A stretch of DNA of 64,000 nt from Candidatus Margulisiibacteriota bacterium (GTDB taxonomy: Bacteria > Margulisbacteria > Marinamargulisbacteria > JBFWNS01). Positions 1 through 12,954 of the stretch are shown here, piece after piece (the first letter of the stretch is position 1; each line of letters begins with the position of its first letter). The stretch is from positions 224,001-288,000 of the forward strand of contig JBFWNS010000001.1 in NCBI GenBank assembly GCA_050250935.1, written 5' to 3'. Both the position numbers and the translations under genes were made by a program. The notes beneath the pieces were generated by a model that saw only the letters and a list, made by a program, of their open reading frames with translations, ran no database searches and had not been told where the DNA came from.

Positions 1-17
1 TTTGTCATAAATAATCC

Positions 18-431
18 CTACACAAAACTTTTTTGGATAAACCTGCTTTTGACAGGCAGCTTATGTGCCGCCAAACGAAAAGCCTCTTTGGCCACTTCGG
101 TATCAACACCACTCAACTCGAACAAAATATTTCCAGGCTTAACAACAGCAACCCAAAATTCAGGAGCCCCTTTACCTTTACCCATACGGGTTTCAGCCGG
201 TAACTTTGTTACGCTTTTATCTGGAAAAATTCTAATCCAAACTTTTCCGCCTCTTTTAATATGGCGGGTCATTGCCCGTCGGGCAGATTCAATTTGCCTA
301 TCCGTAATCCAATGAGCGTCCAGGGTCTGCAACGCAAAATCACCGAAGGCGATATAGTTGGATGAACTGGCCACTCCACGGTTGCGGCCTCTTTGGTATT
401 TTCTATATTTGGTCTTTTTGGGCATTAACAT
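18..431 (-). CDS. rplP: 50S ribosomal protein L16
   Basis: [33 protein letters not shown] and ETRMGKGKG motifs; S10 operon position. Confidence 0.98.
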   Translation of the reverse strand: MLMPKKTKYRKYQRGRNRGVASSSNYIAFGDFALQTLDAHWITDRQIESARRAMTRHIKRGGKVWIRIFPDKSVTKLPAETRMGKGKGAPEFWVAVVKPGNILFELSGVDTEVAKEAFRLAAHKLPVKSRFIQKSFV

Positions 432-449
432 CTTACTATCTCCAACCTG

Positions 450-1121
450 TTATGATGCTGCTTCTACGAGCTCTTGCTGATCGAGGTGAGAGAGACTCAT
501 CACTTCACCTTTGTATAACCAAAACTTAACACCAATTTTTCCAAAGGTTGTTAAAGATTCAGAAAACGCATAATCAATATCGGCTCTCAGGGTATGCAAG
601 GGAACCTTTCCTTCTCGGTACCATTCGGTTCTTGCAATTTCTGCGCCACCCAGTCTTCCTGCACAACAAACTTTTACACCTTGTGCTCCAGCTTTGAGTG
701 CACGCTGAACAGCCATTTTCATTGCTCGGCGAAAAGGTATCCGTTTTTCCAATTGTTGGGCAACCCAGTCCGCCAACAACTTGGAGCTGAGATCCACATG
801 TTTTTCTTCTGTAATGGTTAATTTCACATTCTTTGAATTAATCAGTTGAGACAGGGCTTCTTTTACAACACCCATGTCTTTGCCTGATTTTCCAAAAATC
901 ATACCCGTTTTTGCAACTTGAACGGTAACTTCAGTAAAATTCTGTTTACGGCTGACTTGAATTGAAGCAATTCCTGCTCGTCCAAACTCGGCACGAACAA
1001 ATGCTTTAATTTTGAAATCTTCTACGATGTAGTCTTTGTACTCTTTTTCTGCAAACCAATTGCATTCCCAAGATCTTGTGATACCAACTCGTAATCCCTT
1101 TGGATTAGCTTTTTGCCCCAT
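450..1121 (-). CDS. rpsC: 30S ribosomal protein S3
   Basis: MGQKANPKGLRVG N-terminus, GRLGGAEIARTEWY, VPLHTLRADIDY; start moved to ATG 1121 after a GGAGG SD. Confidence 0.97.
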   Translation of the reverse strand: MGQKANPKGLRVGITRSWECNWFAEKEYKDYIVEDFKIKAFVRAEFGRAGIASIQVSRKQNFTEVTVQVAKTGMIFGKSGKDMGVVKEALSQLINSKNVKLTITEEKHVDLSSKLLADWVAQQLEKRIPFRRAMKMAVQRALKAGAQGVKVCCAGRLGGAEIARTEWYREGKVPLHTLRADIDYAFSESLTTFGKIGVKFWLYKGEVMSLSHLDQQELVEAAS

Positions 1122-1485
1122 TGTTTCCTCCATGTAGTAAATCAACACCCGCTGTTATATGGGAGCTTCTTTTAATAATTTTATAAATTCTGCCTCGAGC
1201 ACGAGGTTGAAAACGCTTCAATTTTGGTGCTTCATTGATGAGCAAATAAGTGACAAACAAATCGGCTCGGGTTAAGCCGGCATTGTTGGTGGCATTTGCA
1301 ATAGCAGATTCCAAAGTTTTGCGAAGGGGTAATGCTGTTGGTTGGGGCATGCTTTTTAAAATTGCAACTGCATGATCAACTTGTTTGCCTCGGACAACAT
1401 CAGCAAGCCTTCTAAGCTTGAACGGTGATACCCGAATATATTTTGAATGAGCAACCGCTTGGGGGTGATACTTTGTGTTTGACAT
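1105..1485 (-). CDS. rplV: 50S ribosomal protein L22
   Basis: RVSPFKLR and KRFQPRARGR motifs; operon order. Confidence 0.96.
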   Translation of the reverse strand: MSNTKYHPQAVAHSKYIRVSPFKLRRLADVVRGKQVDHAVAILKSMPQPTALPLRKTLESAIANATNNAGLTRADLFVTYLLINEAPKLKRFQPRARGRIYKIIKRSSHITAGVDLLHGGNNGAKS

Positions 1486-1490
1486 TAGCG

Positions 1491-1754
1491 CTACTTACCT
1501 CCGGAATGGCCTTTAAATGTTCGGGTGAGCGCAAACTCTCCCAAACGATGACCAACCATATTTTCTTGAATAAAAACTGGGATATGCTTTTGTCCGTTAT
1601 GAACTGCAATGGTATGACCGATCATTTCTGGAACAATAATTGACGCTCTAGACCAGGTTTTGATTAATTTTTTCTCATTTGCTTCGTTCATTTTTTCTAC
1701 TTTTTCAAGCAGTCTGTCCAAAACAAAGGGTCCTTTTTTTAACGATCGTGGCAA
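1491..1754 (-). CDS. rpsS: 30S ribosomal protein S19
   Basis: [33 protein letters not shown] start. Confidence 0.98.
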   Translation of the reverse strand: MPRSLKKGPFVLDRLLEKVEKMNEANEKKLIKTWSRASIIVPEMIGHTIAVHNGQKHIPVFIQENMVGHRLGEFALTRTFKGHSGGK

Positions 1755-1766
1755 GGCTATATCCTC

Positions 1767-2594
1767 CTATCCTCTACGCTTCACAATAAGCTTGTTTGAT
1801 TTATTTTTCTTGGTTCTGGTTTTATAACCCAATGCAGGTTTACCCCAAGGCGTAACAGGGCCAGATCTTCCAATAGGAGCCTTACCTTCACCCCCACCGT
1901 GTGGGTGATCATTCGGGTTCATTACAGAACCACGAACAGCTGGGCGAATTCCTTTTCTTCTAGACGCACCCGCTTTTCCAAGTGACACATTGCGGTTATC
2001 AAGATTGCTAACTTGACCGATGGTTGCTTTGCACTCCAAAGATACCAAACGAACCTCACCTGAAGGCAGTTTTACAGTTGCATAGTCTTCATTCTTAGCC
2101 ATTAAAACGGCGCCAGATCCAGCAGATCTAACCAACTTAGCACCAGAACCTACTGAGATTTCAATATTGTGGATGGTAGTCCCCGCTGGAATATTACGAA
2201 GTTTAAGGGCATTCCCCAATTTAATATCCGCTTTCTCTCCAGAAGAAATAACATCTCCCACTTTTATGCCATGAGGGGCTAGGATATACTCCTTGTTTCC
2301 ATTGCCATAAGCAACCAAAGCAATAAAAGCAGATCTATTTGGATCGTATTCAATGGCAGCAACAGTTCCCAAAACATCGTCACCGTTGCGCTTGAAATCG
2401 ATTACACGAAACTTACGTTTCACCCCGCCGCCTTTATGACGAACTGTAATTTTCCCCTGGTTATTTCTACCAGATGATTTTGAAACCTTTTTAAGGAGTC
2501 TTTTTTCTGGTTTTGTGAGTGGAGAAAATTCAAAGTCAACACTTTGCTTTGTTCTTAACCCTGGGGATGTTGGTTTATATGCTTTAACTGGCAT
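1767..2594 (-). CDS. rplB: 50S ribosomal protein L2
   Basis: [33 protein letters not shown]. Confidence 0.99.
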   Translation of the reverse strand: MPVKAYKPTSPGLRTKQSVDFEFSPLTKPEKRLLKKVSKSSGRNNQGKITVRHKGGGVKRKFRVIDFKRNGDDVLGTVAAIEYDPNRSAFIALVAYGNGNKEYILAPHGIKVGDVISSGEKADIKLGNALKLRNIPAGTTIHNIEISVGSGAKLVRSAGSGAVLMAKNEDYATVKLPSGEVRLVSLECKATIGQVSNLDNRNVSLGKAGASRRKGIRPAVRGSVMNPNDHPHGGGEGKAPIGRSGPVTPWGKPALGYKTRTKKNKSNKLIVKRRG

Positions 2595-2613
2595 TGTAAA
2601 ATCCTAACCTTAT

Positions 2614-2889
2614 TTAATCTTTCACCGATTCGATTTTTGAATCGGCTGAAAGTGTCACAATCGCTTTTTTTAGTTTTTGGGGCTTTCCAAAGAAACGGCC
2701 CACACGTCTTGCTTTTGTTCTGACCGTCATCAAATTAACAGCGGCAACCTTTACACCAAAATATTGGTTAAAAAAGTGCTTTAATGTTGTTTTTGTAGCT
2801 GAAGGGGCAACAAAAAAGACATATTTATTTCGCTCAAGAAGCGCCGAAGACTTTTCGGAAACAACTGGTTTTTTAATCAAATTATTCAT
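2614..2889 (-). CDS. rplW: 50S ribosomal protein L23
   Basis: PVVSEKS and KKAIVTL motifs; between rplD and rplB. Confidence 0.95.
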   Translation of the reverse strand: MNNLIKKPVVSEKSSALLERNKYVFFVAPSATKTTLKHFFNQYFGVKVAAVNLMTVRTKARRVGRFFGKPQKLKKAIVTLSADSKIESVKD

Positions 2890-3490
2890 TTTTCAGCCTC
2901 TCTTGCAAACGCTCGGCTGCACGTTTGGTTAAAACTACTTTATCTGCCTGAAGGACATTTACAATGTCCATAGCGTCAACCGAATTGATACTTACACTGG
3001 GCAGGTTAGAAAATGACTTAATTTCAAAATCACATGCTGGGGTCACCAACAAAACAGCTTTTTTGGATTCTTTACCCAAAAGAGCTTGAGCTTGTTTGGT
3101 CTTTACAATTTGATTTTGTGTATCCAAGACCACCATATTGGCTCCTTGGGTGCTCACCAAAGATTTCAAAACATTTTCAATAACTGATTTATTTAACTTT
3201 GTGGCAAAAGACCTTGGCTTAGGACCAAAAGAAATACCACCACCAGGTCTGAGAGGAGTTCGATTAGACCCACGTCTTGCGTTACCGGTTCCCTTTTGAC
3301 GGTATGGCTTAGAACCACCACCGGATACTTCTGACTTTGTTTTAGTCGAAGCAGTACCTGCTCTTAACTTATTTTTTTGGAACTTGTTATACAAGTAAAG
3401 CTGATGGGAACTTCCCTCTGCAGCAATTTCAAATCCAAAATCGAAATCCAAAACTTTTTTTCCAGCAATATCAACAATGTTTAATTTCAT
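2882..3490 (-). CDS. rplD: 50S ribosomal protein L4
   Basis: GTASTKTKSEVSGGGSKPYRQKGTGNARRGS and FGPKPR motifs. Confidence 0.97.
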   Translation of the reverse strand: MKLNIVDIAGKKVLDFDFGFEIAAEGSSHQLYLYNKFQKNKLRAGTASTKTKSEVSGGGSKPYRQKGTGNARRGSNRTPLRPGGGISFGPKPRSFATKLNKSVIENVLKSLVSTQGANMVVLDTQNQIVKTKQAQALLGKESKKAVLLVTPACDFEIKSFSNLPSVSINSVDAMDIVNVLQADKVVLTKRAAERLQERLKNE

Positions 3491-3509
3491 AAATAATTCC
3501 CTGAGCCCG

Positions 3510-4127
3510 CTACGAATATATCTCGACTAGCGCATTGGCTTTGCCAGGAACAGCACCTTTAAGAAAAACAAGGCCCTTCTCCAGATCAACCGATACAACT
3601 GTAAGATTCTTAATGGTCACTCGCTCGTTACCCATTCTTCCGGCCATCTTTTTACCGGGGACAACACGACCTGGGGTTGTACCCGCACCAATAGAACCAG
3701 GAATTCTATGGCTTTTAGAACCATGGCTCATAGGGCCTCTGTTAAAATTATGACGCTTAATGGTACCGGCAAAACCCTTACCAATAGAACGCCCTGAGAC
3801 AGTGACAATGTCACCAGCAGAAAAAACTTCCAACTTCAAAGCTTCATTTAGCGAGTAGTTTTCGACGTTTGCAGTTCTAATTTCCTTAACAAACTTTTTT
3901 GGAGTTGCTGATAGCTTATCAAAGAACCCCTTCATCGGTTTGTTGAGGTGCTTATCCTCGACAGCCTCGTAACCAACAACCACAGCTGTATACCCATTGG
4001 TCTCTAGCGTCTTATGCTTCAAGACCAATGAATCGCAAGCAGCAAGAACAGTTACAGGAACAACTTTTCCTTCGTCATTGATAAACTGAGACATGCCCAG
4101 TTTTTTAGCCAAAATATATTTATTCAT
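3510..4127 (-). CDS. rplC: 50S ribosomal protein L3
   Basis: KKLGMSQ, GKGFAGTIKRHNF, PGSIG, KGAVPG. Confidence 0.98.
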   Translation of the reverse strand: MNKYILAKKLGMSQFINDEGKVVPVTVLAACDSLVLKHKTLETNGYTAVVVGYEAVEDKHLNKPMKGFFDKLSATPKKFVKEIRTANVENYSLNEALKLEVFSAGDIVTVSGRSIGKGFAGTIKRHNFNRGPMSHGSKSHRIPGSIGAGTTPGRVVPGKKMAGRMGNERVTIKNLTVVSVDLEKGLVFLKGAVPGKANALVEIYS

Positions 4128-4154
4128 AAAAAACCTTAAATGTGGGTATAAAAA

Positions 4155-4490
4155 CTAGTTTAACTTTATTTCGATGTTGACCCCAGCTGGAAGATTCAGC
4201 TGCATCAGTGCATCGACAGTGGAAGATGGGGGATCCAAAATATCGATCATACGCTTATGAACACGAATTTCGTAATGCTCACCACCACGTTTATCGATGT
4301 GGGGAGATTTCAAAATACACCAGATTTTTTTCTGGGTTGGAAGGGGCACAGGCCCCAGGACTTTAGCCCCGGAGCGCTGAGCAGTTTGAACGATCTTTTC
4401 AGCAGACTGATCGATAACTCGGCTGTCAAAGGCCTTGAGTCTAATTCGGATTCGTTGCTGAGCTTTTAAAGACGACTTTTGCTTTTTCAC
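4155..4490 (-). CDS. rpsJ: 30S ribosomal protein S10
   Basis: [34 protein letters not shown]. Confidence 0.97.
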   Translation of the reverse strand: MKKQKSSLKAQQRIRIRLKAFDSRVIDQSAEKIVQTAQRSGAKVLGPVPLPTQKKIWCILKSPHIDKRGGEHYEIRVHKRMIDILDPPSSTVDALMQLNLPAGVNIEIKLN

Positions 4491-4506
4491 TTTTATTTCC
4501 TGATCA

Positions 4507-5709
<1,203 letters not shown>

Positions 5710-5712
5710 TGA

Positions 5713-7791
5713 TTATTCTCCTTTTCTTTTGTCAGCGACTAAAAATTCATAGATTTGTTTGGGGCAATCACTATACATGAAGAACTGCATTGTGTAAATA
5801 CCGCGACCCTGGGTAAGTGACCTCAAATTGGTCGCATATCCGAACATTTCAGAGAGGGGCACATGGGCCTTAATTAACTGAATATTGTTCTTACCAGATT
5901 CGATCTTTTCGATTTTTCCACGACGGCTGTTCAAATCTGAAATAACGTCACCCATATTGGACTCTGGAACTTCCACTTCAACTTCCATAATCGGTTCCAA
6001 AATGGTTGGACCTGCATTTTTCACCGCATCTTTTACGGCGTAAGAGGCTGCCAATTGGAAGGCAATGTCTGAAGAGTCTACAGGGTGGAAGGACCCATCG
6101 AGTGCCGTTACACAAACGTCGATCATGGGGAAGCCAGCGATAATCCCTGTAGTAAAGGCTTCTTTGGCACCTTTTTCTACAGAAGAAATAAACTCTTTTG
6201 GAATGCGTCCACCCACGACCTTGTTTACAAATTCAAACCCTTTACCACGCTCGAGGGGCTCGATAGTCAGGATAACGTGACCATATTGACCACGGCCACC
6301 CGTTTGACGTACGAATTTGCCTTCGGCTTCTGCCTTTTTGTTGATGGACTCTTTGTAAGCCACTTGGGGTTTACCAACACCGGCTTGAACAGAAAACTCT
6401 CTGAGCAAACGATCGGTAATGATTTCCAAGTGCAACTCGCCCATCCCAGAAATGATGGTTTGACCTGTTTCTTGGTCGGTTTTGAAACGGAAAGTCGGAT
6501 CTTCGTCTGACAATTTTTCCAAAGCTGTAGACAATTTGTCTTGGTCAGATTTGGTTTTAGGCTCAATAGCAACAAAGATTACGGGTTCTGGGAACTCGAT
6601 ATTTTCTAGGGTGATTGGCTTGTCTTCAAAACAAAGGGTATCACCTGTTTTGGTATATTTGAGACCAATAATCCCAACGATGTCACCAGCGCCTGCGGCA
6701 TCCAATTCGGAGCGGGAATTGGCGTGCATTTGCATGATACGTCCGACGCGCTCACGCTTGTCCTGGGTAGAGTTCATGACATAGGTTCCGGGCATCAACT
6801 TACCTGAATAAACACGCAGGTAGGTCAAACGACCAACAAAGGGGTCTGTTTGAATTTTAAAAGCCAAGCCAGAAAAAGGCTCGGTTTCGGCCAGCTTTCT
6901 TTCTTCTTCGGCACCTGTTTTGGGGTTCAACCCTTTAACTGGAGGCAAATCCAAAGGAGAAGGTAAAAAGTCGATAATGCCATCCAACAAAGGTTGAACC
7001 CCTTTGTTTTTAAAGGCTGTTCCACAGAAGACCGGAACAATTTCACCAGCAATGGTTAATTTTCTGATTGCCGCAACAATTTCGTCTTCGTCGAGGTTAC
7101 CTGTTTCCAAATATTTTTCGAGCAATTTGTCATCTGCTTCGGCCGCTGTTTCCAAAAGAATTTCACGAAGCTCTTTGTATTTGGCTTCGTTTTCAGGTTG
7201 AAGATCTACGGTTTGGTAATGGTCACCTTTTTGATCGGTAAAATGATATTCCTTACCACGAACGATATCGATAACACCTTTGAATTGGTCTTCGCTTCCA
7301 ATAGAGGAGTTGATGACCACTGGTCTTGCGTACAAATTGTCTCGGATCATTTGCACAACACGGTGGAAATCGGCACCAACACGGTCCATTTTGTTTACAA
7401 AGGCAATACGGGGAACTTCGTACTTGGTTGCTTGACGCCATACGGTTTCGGTTTGAGGTTGAACCCCAGCCACACCACAGAAAACAACAACCGCACCGTC
7501 CAATACCCGCAACGACCGTTCAACTTCAACAGTAAAGTCAACGTGACCTGGGGTATCGATGATATTAATAACACTGTCTTTCCAGTAACAAGTGGTGGCA
7601 GCAGAGGTGATGGTGATACCCCGCTCTTGCTCTTGAACCATCCAGTCCATGGTGGCATTACCATCATGAACTTCACCAATTTTGTGAGATTTTCCTGTAT
7701 AGAACAGAACCCGCTCGGTTAGGGTTGTTTTACCGGCATCAATGTGGGCAGAGATCCCGATATTCCTGAGTTTTTGTAAGTTTTTTTCCAT
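5713..7791 (-). CDS. fusA: Elongation factor G
   Basis: [36 protein letters not shown]; start set to ATG 7791, downstream of the rpsG stop. Confidence 0.98.
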   Translation of the reverse strand: MEKNLQKLRNIGISAHIDAGKTTLTERVLFYTGKSHKIGEVHDGNATMDWMVQEQERGITITSAATTCYWKDSVINIIDTPGHVDFTVEVERSLRVLDGAVVVFCGVAGVQPQTETVWRQATKYEVPRIAFVNKMDRVGADFHRVVQMIRDNLYARPVVINSSIGSEDQFKGVIDIVRGKEYHFTDQKGDHYQTVDLQPENEAKYKELREILLETAAEADDKLLEKYLETGNLDEDEIVAAIRKLTIAGEIVPVFCGTAFKNKGVQPLLDGIIDFLPSPLDLPPVKGLNPKTGAEEERKLAETEPFSGLAFKIQTDPFVGRLTYLRVYSGKLMPGTYVMNSTQDKRERVGRIMQMHANSRSELDAAGAGDIVGIIGLKYTKTGDTLCFEDKPITLENIEFPEPVIFVAIEPKTKSDQDKLSTALEKLSDEDPTFRFKTDQETGQTIISGMGELHLEIITDRLLREFSVQAGVGKPQVAYKESINKKAEAEGKFVRQTGGRGQYGHVILTIEPLERGKGFEFVNKVVGGRIPKEFISSVEKGAKEAFTTGIIAGFPMIDVCVTALDGSFHPVDSSDIAFQLAASYAVKDAVKNAGPTILEPIMEVEVEVPESNMGDVISDLNSRRGKIEKIESGKNNIQLIKAHVPLSEMFGYATNLRSLTQGRGIYTMQFFMYSDCPKQIYEFLVADKRKGE

Positions 7792-7798
7792 GTTTATT

Positions 7799-8269
7799 CT
7801 ACCATCTAAAGTGAGCAAATGCTTTGTTTGCTTCAGCCATTTTGTGAGTTTCTTCGCGTTTTTTGATTGAAGCTCCAACTTTGTTGTAAGCGTCTACAAA
7901 TTCGTTGGCCAATTTGTCGGCCATTGATTTTCCTGAACGTGAACGGGAATGTTGAATCAACCATCTCATGGCCAACCCTACAGCACGATCCATTTTAACT
8001 TCTACAGGAACTTGGTAAGTTGAACCGCCCACACGGCGAGATTTAACTTCCATAATGGGCATGACGTTTTTAATGACTTTTTCAAAGCCCAAAACGGGTT
8101 GTTCGCCCACTTTCTCTGAAAAGGTTTGAAGTGCCCCATAGACAATGCCTTGGGCAATACTTTTTTTACCAGAGATCATGAGTTTATTGATGAACTTTGC
8201 TAGGTTTACGCTGTTGTAAACCGGATCTGGCGTAATTTCACGCTTTATACTACGACTTTTTCTAGCCAT
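7799..8269 (-). CDS. rpsG: 30S ribosomal protein S7
   Basis: [30 protein letters not shown]. Confidence 0.99.
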   Translation of the reverse strand: MARKSRSIKREITPDPVYNSVNLAKFINKLMISGKKSIAQGIVYGALQTFSEKVGEQPVLGFEKVIKNVMPIMEVKSRRVGGSTYQVPVEVKMDRAVGLAMRWLIQHSRSRSGKSMADKLANEFVDAYNKVGASIKKREETHKMAEANKAFAHFRW

Positions 8270-8274
8270 AAAGG

Positions 8275-8658
8275 TTACTTAGCCTCCTTCTTCTGTCTTT
8301 TGGCGCCATAAATGGACCTGGATTGTTTTCGATTGGCTACACCTTGAAGGTCGCCACGGCCTCTTTCAGTATGGTAGCGAACCCCTGGAAGATCTTTAAC
8401 CCTACCACCGCGAATAAAGATTACAGAGTGTTCTTGTAAATTATGGCCTTCACCTGGGATATACGAAGTGACTTCGTATCCGTTAGACAACCGAACCCTG
8501 GCAACTTTACGCAAAGCTGAGTTTGGTTTTTTTGGCGTTGTTGTATACACCCGGGTACAGACCCCACGGCGTTGCGGACAGGATTGGAGGGCCGGGGATT
8601 TCCCTTTGGCTCTCTTCGGTTTTCGCTTGGTGCGAATCAATTGATTACTGGTAGGCAC
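8275..8658 (-). CDS. rpsL: 30S ribosomal protein S12
   Basis: [31 protein letters not shown] start after AAGGAG. Confidence 0.99.
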   Translation of the reverse strand: MPTSNQLIRTKRKPKRAKGKSPALQSCPQRRGVCTRVYTTTPKKPNSALRKVARVRLSNGYEVTSYIPGEGHNLQEHSVIFIRGGRVKDLPGVRYHTERGRGDLQGVANRKQSRSIYGAKRQKKEAK

Positions 8659-8689
8659 TATAAACTCCTTACTGATATTTAGCCGAACG

Positions 8690-8719
8690 ATAGTAATGTA
8701 CGGCTTATTTTTTTGTCAA
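8690..8719 (-). promoter_or_regulatory. Putative sigma70 promoter of the rpsL (str) operon
   Basis: Minus strand TTGACA-N18-TACTAT in the rpoC-rpsL spacer. Confidence 0.55.
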
Positions 8720-8725
8720 ATGCGT

Positions 8726-11700
8726 CTATCCGAGGATGGCTTCTTCCTCGTTGACACCTTCTTCGGTCGCTTCTAGGCGAACCCGGTTGTATCGAGCACC
8801 TCCGGTTCCGGCTGGAATCAACTTTCCGATAATGACGTTTTCTTTCAAACCATACATTGGATCGCGTTGACCTTCGATGGCGGCTTTGGTCAAAACGCTG
8901 GCAGTTTGTTGGAAGGAAGACGCTGAAATAAAGCTTTCTGTATTCAAGGAAGATCGGGTGATCCCCAACAATACACGTTCCCCAACAGCTGGGCGTTTTC
9001 CAGCTTCAACCAGGGCAATATTGACCCGTTCAAAACTGCGGATATCCACCAATTCGTTTGGCAAAAAGTCGCTGTCTCCCATGGAAATAACGTTTACTTT
9101 TCGGGTCATTTGTCGAACGATAACCTCAACGTGTTTACTGTTGATTTGTACCCCTTGAGAGCGGTATACCCGTTGAATTTCGTCGGTAAGGTAACATTGG
9201 GTTGCATAAACACCTTTTGTTTCCAACACATCGTGGGGACTGATAACCCCATCGGTCAGTTGATCACCTTTTCGAACTTTTTTACCAGAATACACTTTCA
9301 AACGGATACCGTAAGGAACTTTGTATTCTTTTTTCACCCCTTCGGTAGAGGTTACAACCAACAAGCGGTAACCATCGCCATCGGAGATCTCGACAGCGCC
9401 TTCGATTTCGCTGAGAACAGCGGCATCTTTTGGACGACGGGCTTCGAACAATTCTTCTACACGAGGCAACCCTTGAACGATGTCTTTGGTTTTGCTGGCA
9501 TCTGAACCACCAATGCGTTCTTTTGCAAGGATCTCGCCAACTTTGACTTTTTCGCCATCGTTGATAAAGAACCGAGCACCAGAAAGGATTTGGTAAGATT
9601 CACCAGGTGAAATTGAGATGGTTAACAAGGGTTCTTTGGAACGGGATTTGGTTTGTTTGGCCTCGCCTTCTTTAAAGCCGACCACAATACCCCCATTTTC
9701 CAATTGGTAACCTGAGGTGAGTTCGACTTCTGCTTTAATCCGATCGCCTTCTTTGAATCGTGCGGCAACAGATTTTAAAATGGGGAAGTCGTGAACGACT
9801 GCGGGGTTGTATACAAAAATTTCACCGTCTTTTTGGGCAAAACTTTCGATAATTTGACCGTCTTCGTCTTTACGTTCTTGAACACTGGCCCCAAAGATTT
9901 TGGCAATGCCTTCACTTTCGGAGAAAATGTATTCGTAAGATGGGTCGTATTCGGCCAAAACATCGCCAACACCGACAGGCTTTTTATCTTTGGCAGAAAC
10001 GGTACTTCCTTGAGGAATAAGGTAAACCCGTTTTTGACCATTTTCGGCCATAACATAGATATTACCTTCTCGGGTTGAAACCCAGATGGTTTTCCCTTGT
10101 TCGTCTTTAATCCGGCTGATTGGAAGATCGCTTGGTAAGGAAACCGTCCCAGCATGTTTGGCTTTAATTTCAACTTTAGAAGCACGACGCAAGTCTACCC
10201 CCCCAGTGTGGAAGGTTCTCATGGTGAGCTGTGTACCTGGCTCCCCAATGGATTGAGCAGCAATGATACCCACCGCTTCGCCAATATTGATTAACTTGCC
10301 TGAAGCCAAATCTAGTCCATAACATTTTTGGCAAATGCCCCGTTCTGCACGGCAATGATAAATGCTTCTGACCTTCAAGGAATCTTTACCGACTTCTTGA
10401 ACTTCTTTGGCTGTAGTTTCTGAAAGCAGTTCGCCCTTAGAGGCAATTTTAGCCTTGGTTTCGGGGTGCACAACGTCTTCAAGTGAAATACGACCCTCAA
10501 TTAATTCGGAAAGCGGAACAATGATGTTAATCCCGTCTTTGATTGATTGAATATCAACACCTTCTGAGGTTCCACAATCTTCTGTCGTGATCATGACATC
10601 TTGGGCGACATCCACCAAACGGCGGGTCAAATAACCCGAGTCGGCCGTACGCAAGGCGGTGTCTACCAACCCTTTTCTGGCCCCGTAAGAAGAAATGAAA
10701 TATTCGGTTAGCGACAAGCCTTCTTTAAAGTTAGACGTAATGGGAATGTTGACGGTACGACCTTGAGCGTCGGACATCAAACCCCGCATCCCGGCCAACT
10801 GTCTGACCTGGTCCATATTCCCCCGTGCACCAGAGTTAGCCATGATATAGAGGTTGTTCAAGCTCCCCAGTTCGGATTCTAGGGCACCTGCGACATCTTG
10901 GGTAACTTCTCGCCAAATATCGTTGCTTCGCAATTGGCGTTCACGCGCAGACAAGGCACCGGATTTAAAGAGTCGGGTGAGTTTTTCAACTTCTTTTTCG
11001 GCATTTTCGATGATTTCTGATTTGTTTTTGGGAACCACCAAATCGTCGATGGAAATGGAAATACCAGATCGGGTTGAATATTTGAATCCTAAACTTTTGG
11101 CCCGGTCGATGAGGCTGGAGGTGATGTCGTTTCCGTAGGTCAAATACCATTTGAAAACAGCATCAGACAATTTCTTTTTGCCCAATACATCGTTCATAAA
11201 TTCGGTGGGTGGGCAACCATGTTCGGCCAATACTTCCCACACGGCGGTGTTGAAGACCACACGGCCCATGGTGGTTTGGTAACGCTGTCCATTGATTTTG
11301 ACAACCAAGGGGCTTTGAATGGTTAAAATTCCCGCTTCCCAAGCTCGGAAAGCTTCGTCAACACTGGCAAAACATTTTGGCTTTTGAGCCGCCAATTCTT
11401 GGTTTTCGGCTGTGAGGTAGTAACAACCCAACACCATATCTTGGGTTGGGGTTACGATGGAACGACCGCTGCTGGGAGACAAAATGTTGTTGGTTGACAT
11501 GATCAACAAGCGACACTCAGCTTGGGCTTCCAAAGACAGGGGTACGTGAACAGCCATTTGGTCACCGTCAAAGTCGGCGTTAAACGCAGAACAAACCAAG
11601 GGGTGAATTTGAATCGCAGATCCTTCAACCAAGATGGGTTCGAAGGCTTGAATCCCCAAACGGTGCAAGGTAGGTGCACGGTTCAATAGAACAGGCTGAC

Positions 11701-12934
11701 CTTTAATGACAGATTCCAAAATATCCCAAACAATGACTTCTCTGGCTTCTATTTTGCGCTTAGCGCTTTTAACGTTAGAAGCATGACCCGCATCCACCAA
11801 ACGACGGATGACGAAGGGCTTAAACAATTCCAGGGCCATTTCTTTTGGCAATCCGCATTGATGGAACTTCAAGTGAGGACCAACAACAATGACGGAACGG
11901 CCAGAATAGTCGACCCGTTTACCCAAAAGGTTTTGACGGAAACGACCTTGTTTCCCTTCAATGATATTCCCCAAAGATTTTAAAGGACGACCATTTGAAC
12001 CGGTAACAGAACGACCCCGTTTGCCGTTTGAAATCAAAACATCCACGGCTTCTTGAAGCATCCGCTTTTCGTTTCGGACGATCATTTCTGGGGCACCGAT
12101 ATCCATCAAACGTTTCAATCGGTTGTTCCGATTGACCACACGGCGGTACAAATCGTTTAAGTCGGAAGTTGCAAAACGGCCACCTTCCAACTGAACCATA
12201 GGGCGCAAGTCTGGGGGCATAACCGGAATGGCTTCCAAAATCATCCACTCGGGTTGATTTCCAGATTTGTACAAGGATTCAACGATACGAAGGCGTTTGG
12301 TGATTTTAAGGCGTTTTTGACCTTTTAATTCGTCTAGGTTTTCTCGGAGTTCGCCAATAATTTTTTTAAGATCCATGCCGGCCAAAATTTTCTTGATGGC
12401 CCCAGCACCCATTTCGGCTTTGAAACGGTCACCAAATTTTTCTCTGAGTTTTACGTATTCTGAAGTGCTGACCACTTGTTTAACTTCCACGCTTCCAGCC
12501 AATTCTGGACCCGCTTCTGTGACAATGTATGAATCATAATAGACCACTTCTTCCAACTGACGAGACGACATGTCCAACAAAAGGCCCATATAGCTGGGTA
12601 TCCCTTTTAAAAACCAAATGTGAGAAACATCGGCGGCCAATTCAATATGGCCCATGCGTTCACGACGAACCTTGGAATGGGTGACTTCCACACCACAGCG
12701 TTCGCAGACAATACCGCGATAACGAACCCGGCGGTATTTACCGCAGGAACATTCCCAATCTTTGACAGGGCCAAAGATTTTTTCGCAAAACAACCCCTTG
12801 CGTTCTGGCTTGAACGTTCGGTAGTTAATGGTTTCTGGTTTTTCAACCTCCCCGTAAGACCAAAAACGGATCTTATCGGGGGAGGCCAAACCAATTTCTA
12901 GAAAATCAAAATCGCTGGGGCTGTTAACAAGCAT
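8726..12934 (-). CDS. rpoC: RNA polymerase beta' subunit (unsplit)
   Basis: [12 protein letters not shown] catalytic motif, Zn-ribbon cysteines, [16 protein letters not shown]; start at ATG 12934 after AAGGAG. Confidence 0.98.
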   Translation of the reverse strand: MLVNSPSDFDFLEIGLASPDKIRFWSYGEVEKPETINYRTFKPERKGLFCEKIFGPVKDWECSCGKYRRVRYRGIVCERCGVEVTHSKVRRERMGHIELAADVSHIWFLKGIPSYMGLLLDMSSRQLEEVVYYDSYIVTEAGPELAGSVEVKQVVSTSEYVKLREKFGDRFKAEMGAGAIKKILAGMDLKKIIGELRENLDELKGQKRLKITKRLRIVESLYKSGNQPEWMILEAIPVMPPDLRPMVQLEGGRFATSDLNDLYRRVVNRNNRLKRLMDIGAPEMIVRNEKRMLQEAVDVLISNGKRGRSVTGSNGRPLKSLGNIIEGKQGRFRQNLLGKRVDYSGRSVIVVGPHLKFHQCGLPKEMALELFKPFVIRRLVDAGHASNVKSAKRKIEAREVIVWDILESVIKGQPVLLNRAPTLHRLGIQAFEPILVEGSAIQIHPLVCSAFNADFDGDQMAVHVPLSLEAQAECRLLIMSTNNILSPSSGRSIVTPTQDMVLGCYYLTAENQELAAQKPKCFASVDEAFRAWEAGILTIQSPLVVKINGQRYQTTMGRVVFNTAVWEVLAEHGCPPTEFMNDVLGKKKLSDAVFKWYLTYGNDITSSLIDRAKSLGFKYSTRSGISISIDDLVVPKNKSEIIENAEKEVEKLTRLFKSGALSARERQLRSNDIWREVTQDVAGALESELGSLNNLYIMANSGARGNMDQVRQLAGMRGLMSDAQGRTVNIPITSNFKEGLSLTEYFISSYGARKGLVDTALRTADSGYLTRRLVDVAQDVMITTEDCGTSEGVDIQSIKDGINIIVPLSELIEGRISLEDVVHPETKAKIASKGELLSETTAKEVQEVGKDSLKVRSIYHCRAERGICQKCYGLDLASGKLINIGEAVGIIAAQSIGEPGTQLTMRTFHTGGVDLRRASKVEIKAKHAGTVSLPSDLPISRIKDEQGKTIWVSTREGNIYVMAENGQKRVYLIPQGSTVSAKDKKPVGVGDVLAEYDPSYEYIFSESEGIAKIFGASVQERKDEDGQIIESFAQKDGEIFVYNPAVVHDFPILKSVAARFKEGDRIKAEVELTSGYQLENGGIVVGFKEGEAKQTKSRSKEPLLTISISPGESYQILSGARFFINDGEKVKVGEILAKERIGGSDASKTKDIVQGLPRVEELFEARRPKDAAVLSEIEGAVEISDGDGYRLLVVTSTEGVKKEYKVPYGIRLKVYSGKKVRKGDQLTDGVISPHDVLETKGVYATQCYLTDEIQRVYRSQGVQINSKHVEVIVRQMTRKVNVISMGDSDFLPNELVDIRSFERVNIALVEAGKRPAVGERVLLGITRSSLNTESFISASSFQQTASVLTKAAIEGQRDPMYGLKENVIIGKLIPAGTGGARYNRVRLEATEEGVNEEEAILG

Positions 12935-12954
12935 CGGTGCATTTCTCCTTTTGT

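Noticed and set aside
1..8. Start of rpmC (L29) at the window edge
   Set aside because: Only ATGACAAA is visible on the minus strand; plausible from gene order but too short to support.
7792..7878. N-terminal extension of EF-G in the ORF track (likewise RpoC, S3, BatA, BatE)
   Set aside because: The extensions overlap upstream genes; downstream ATGs match the family N-termini.
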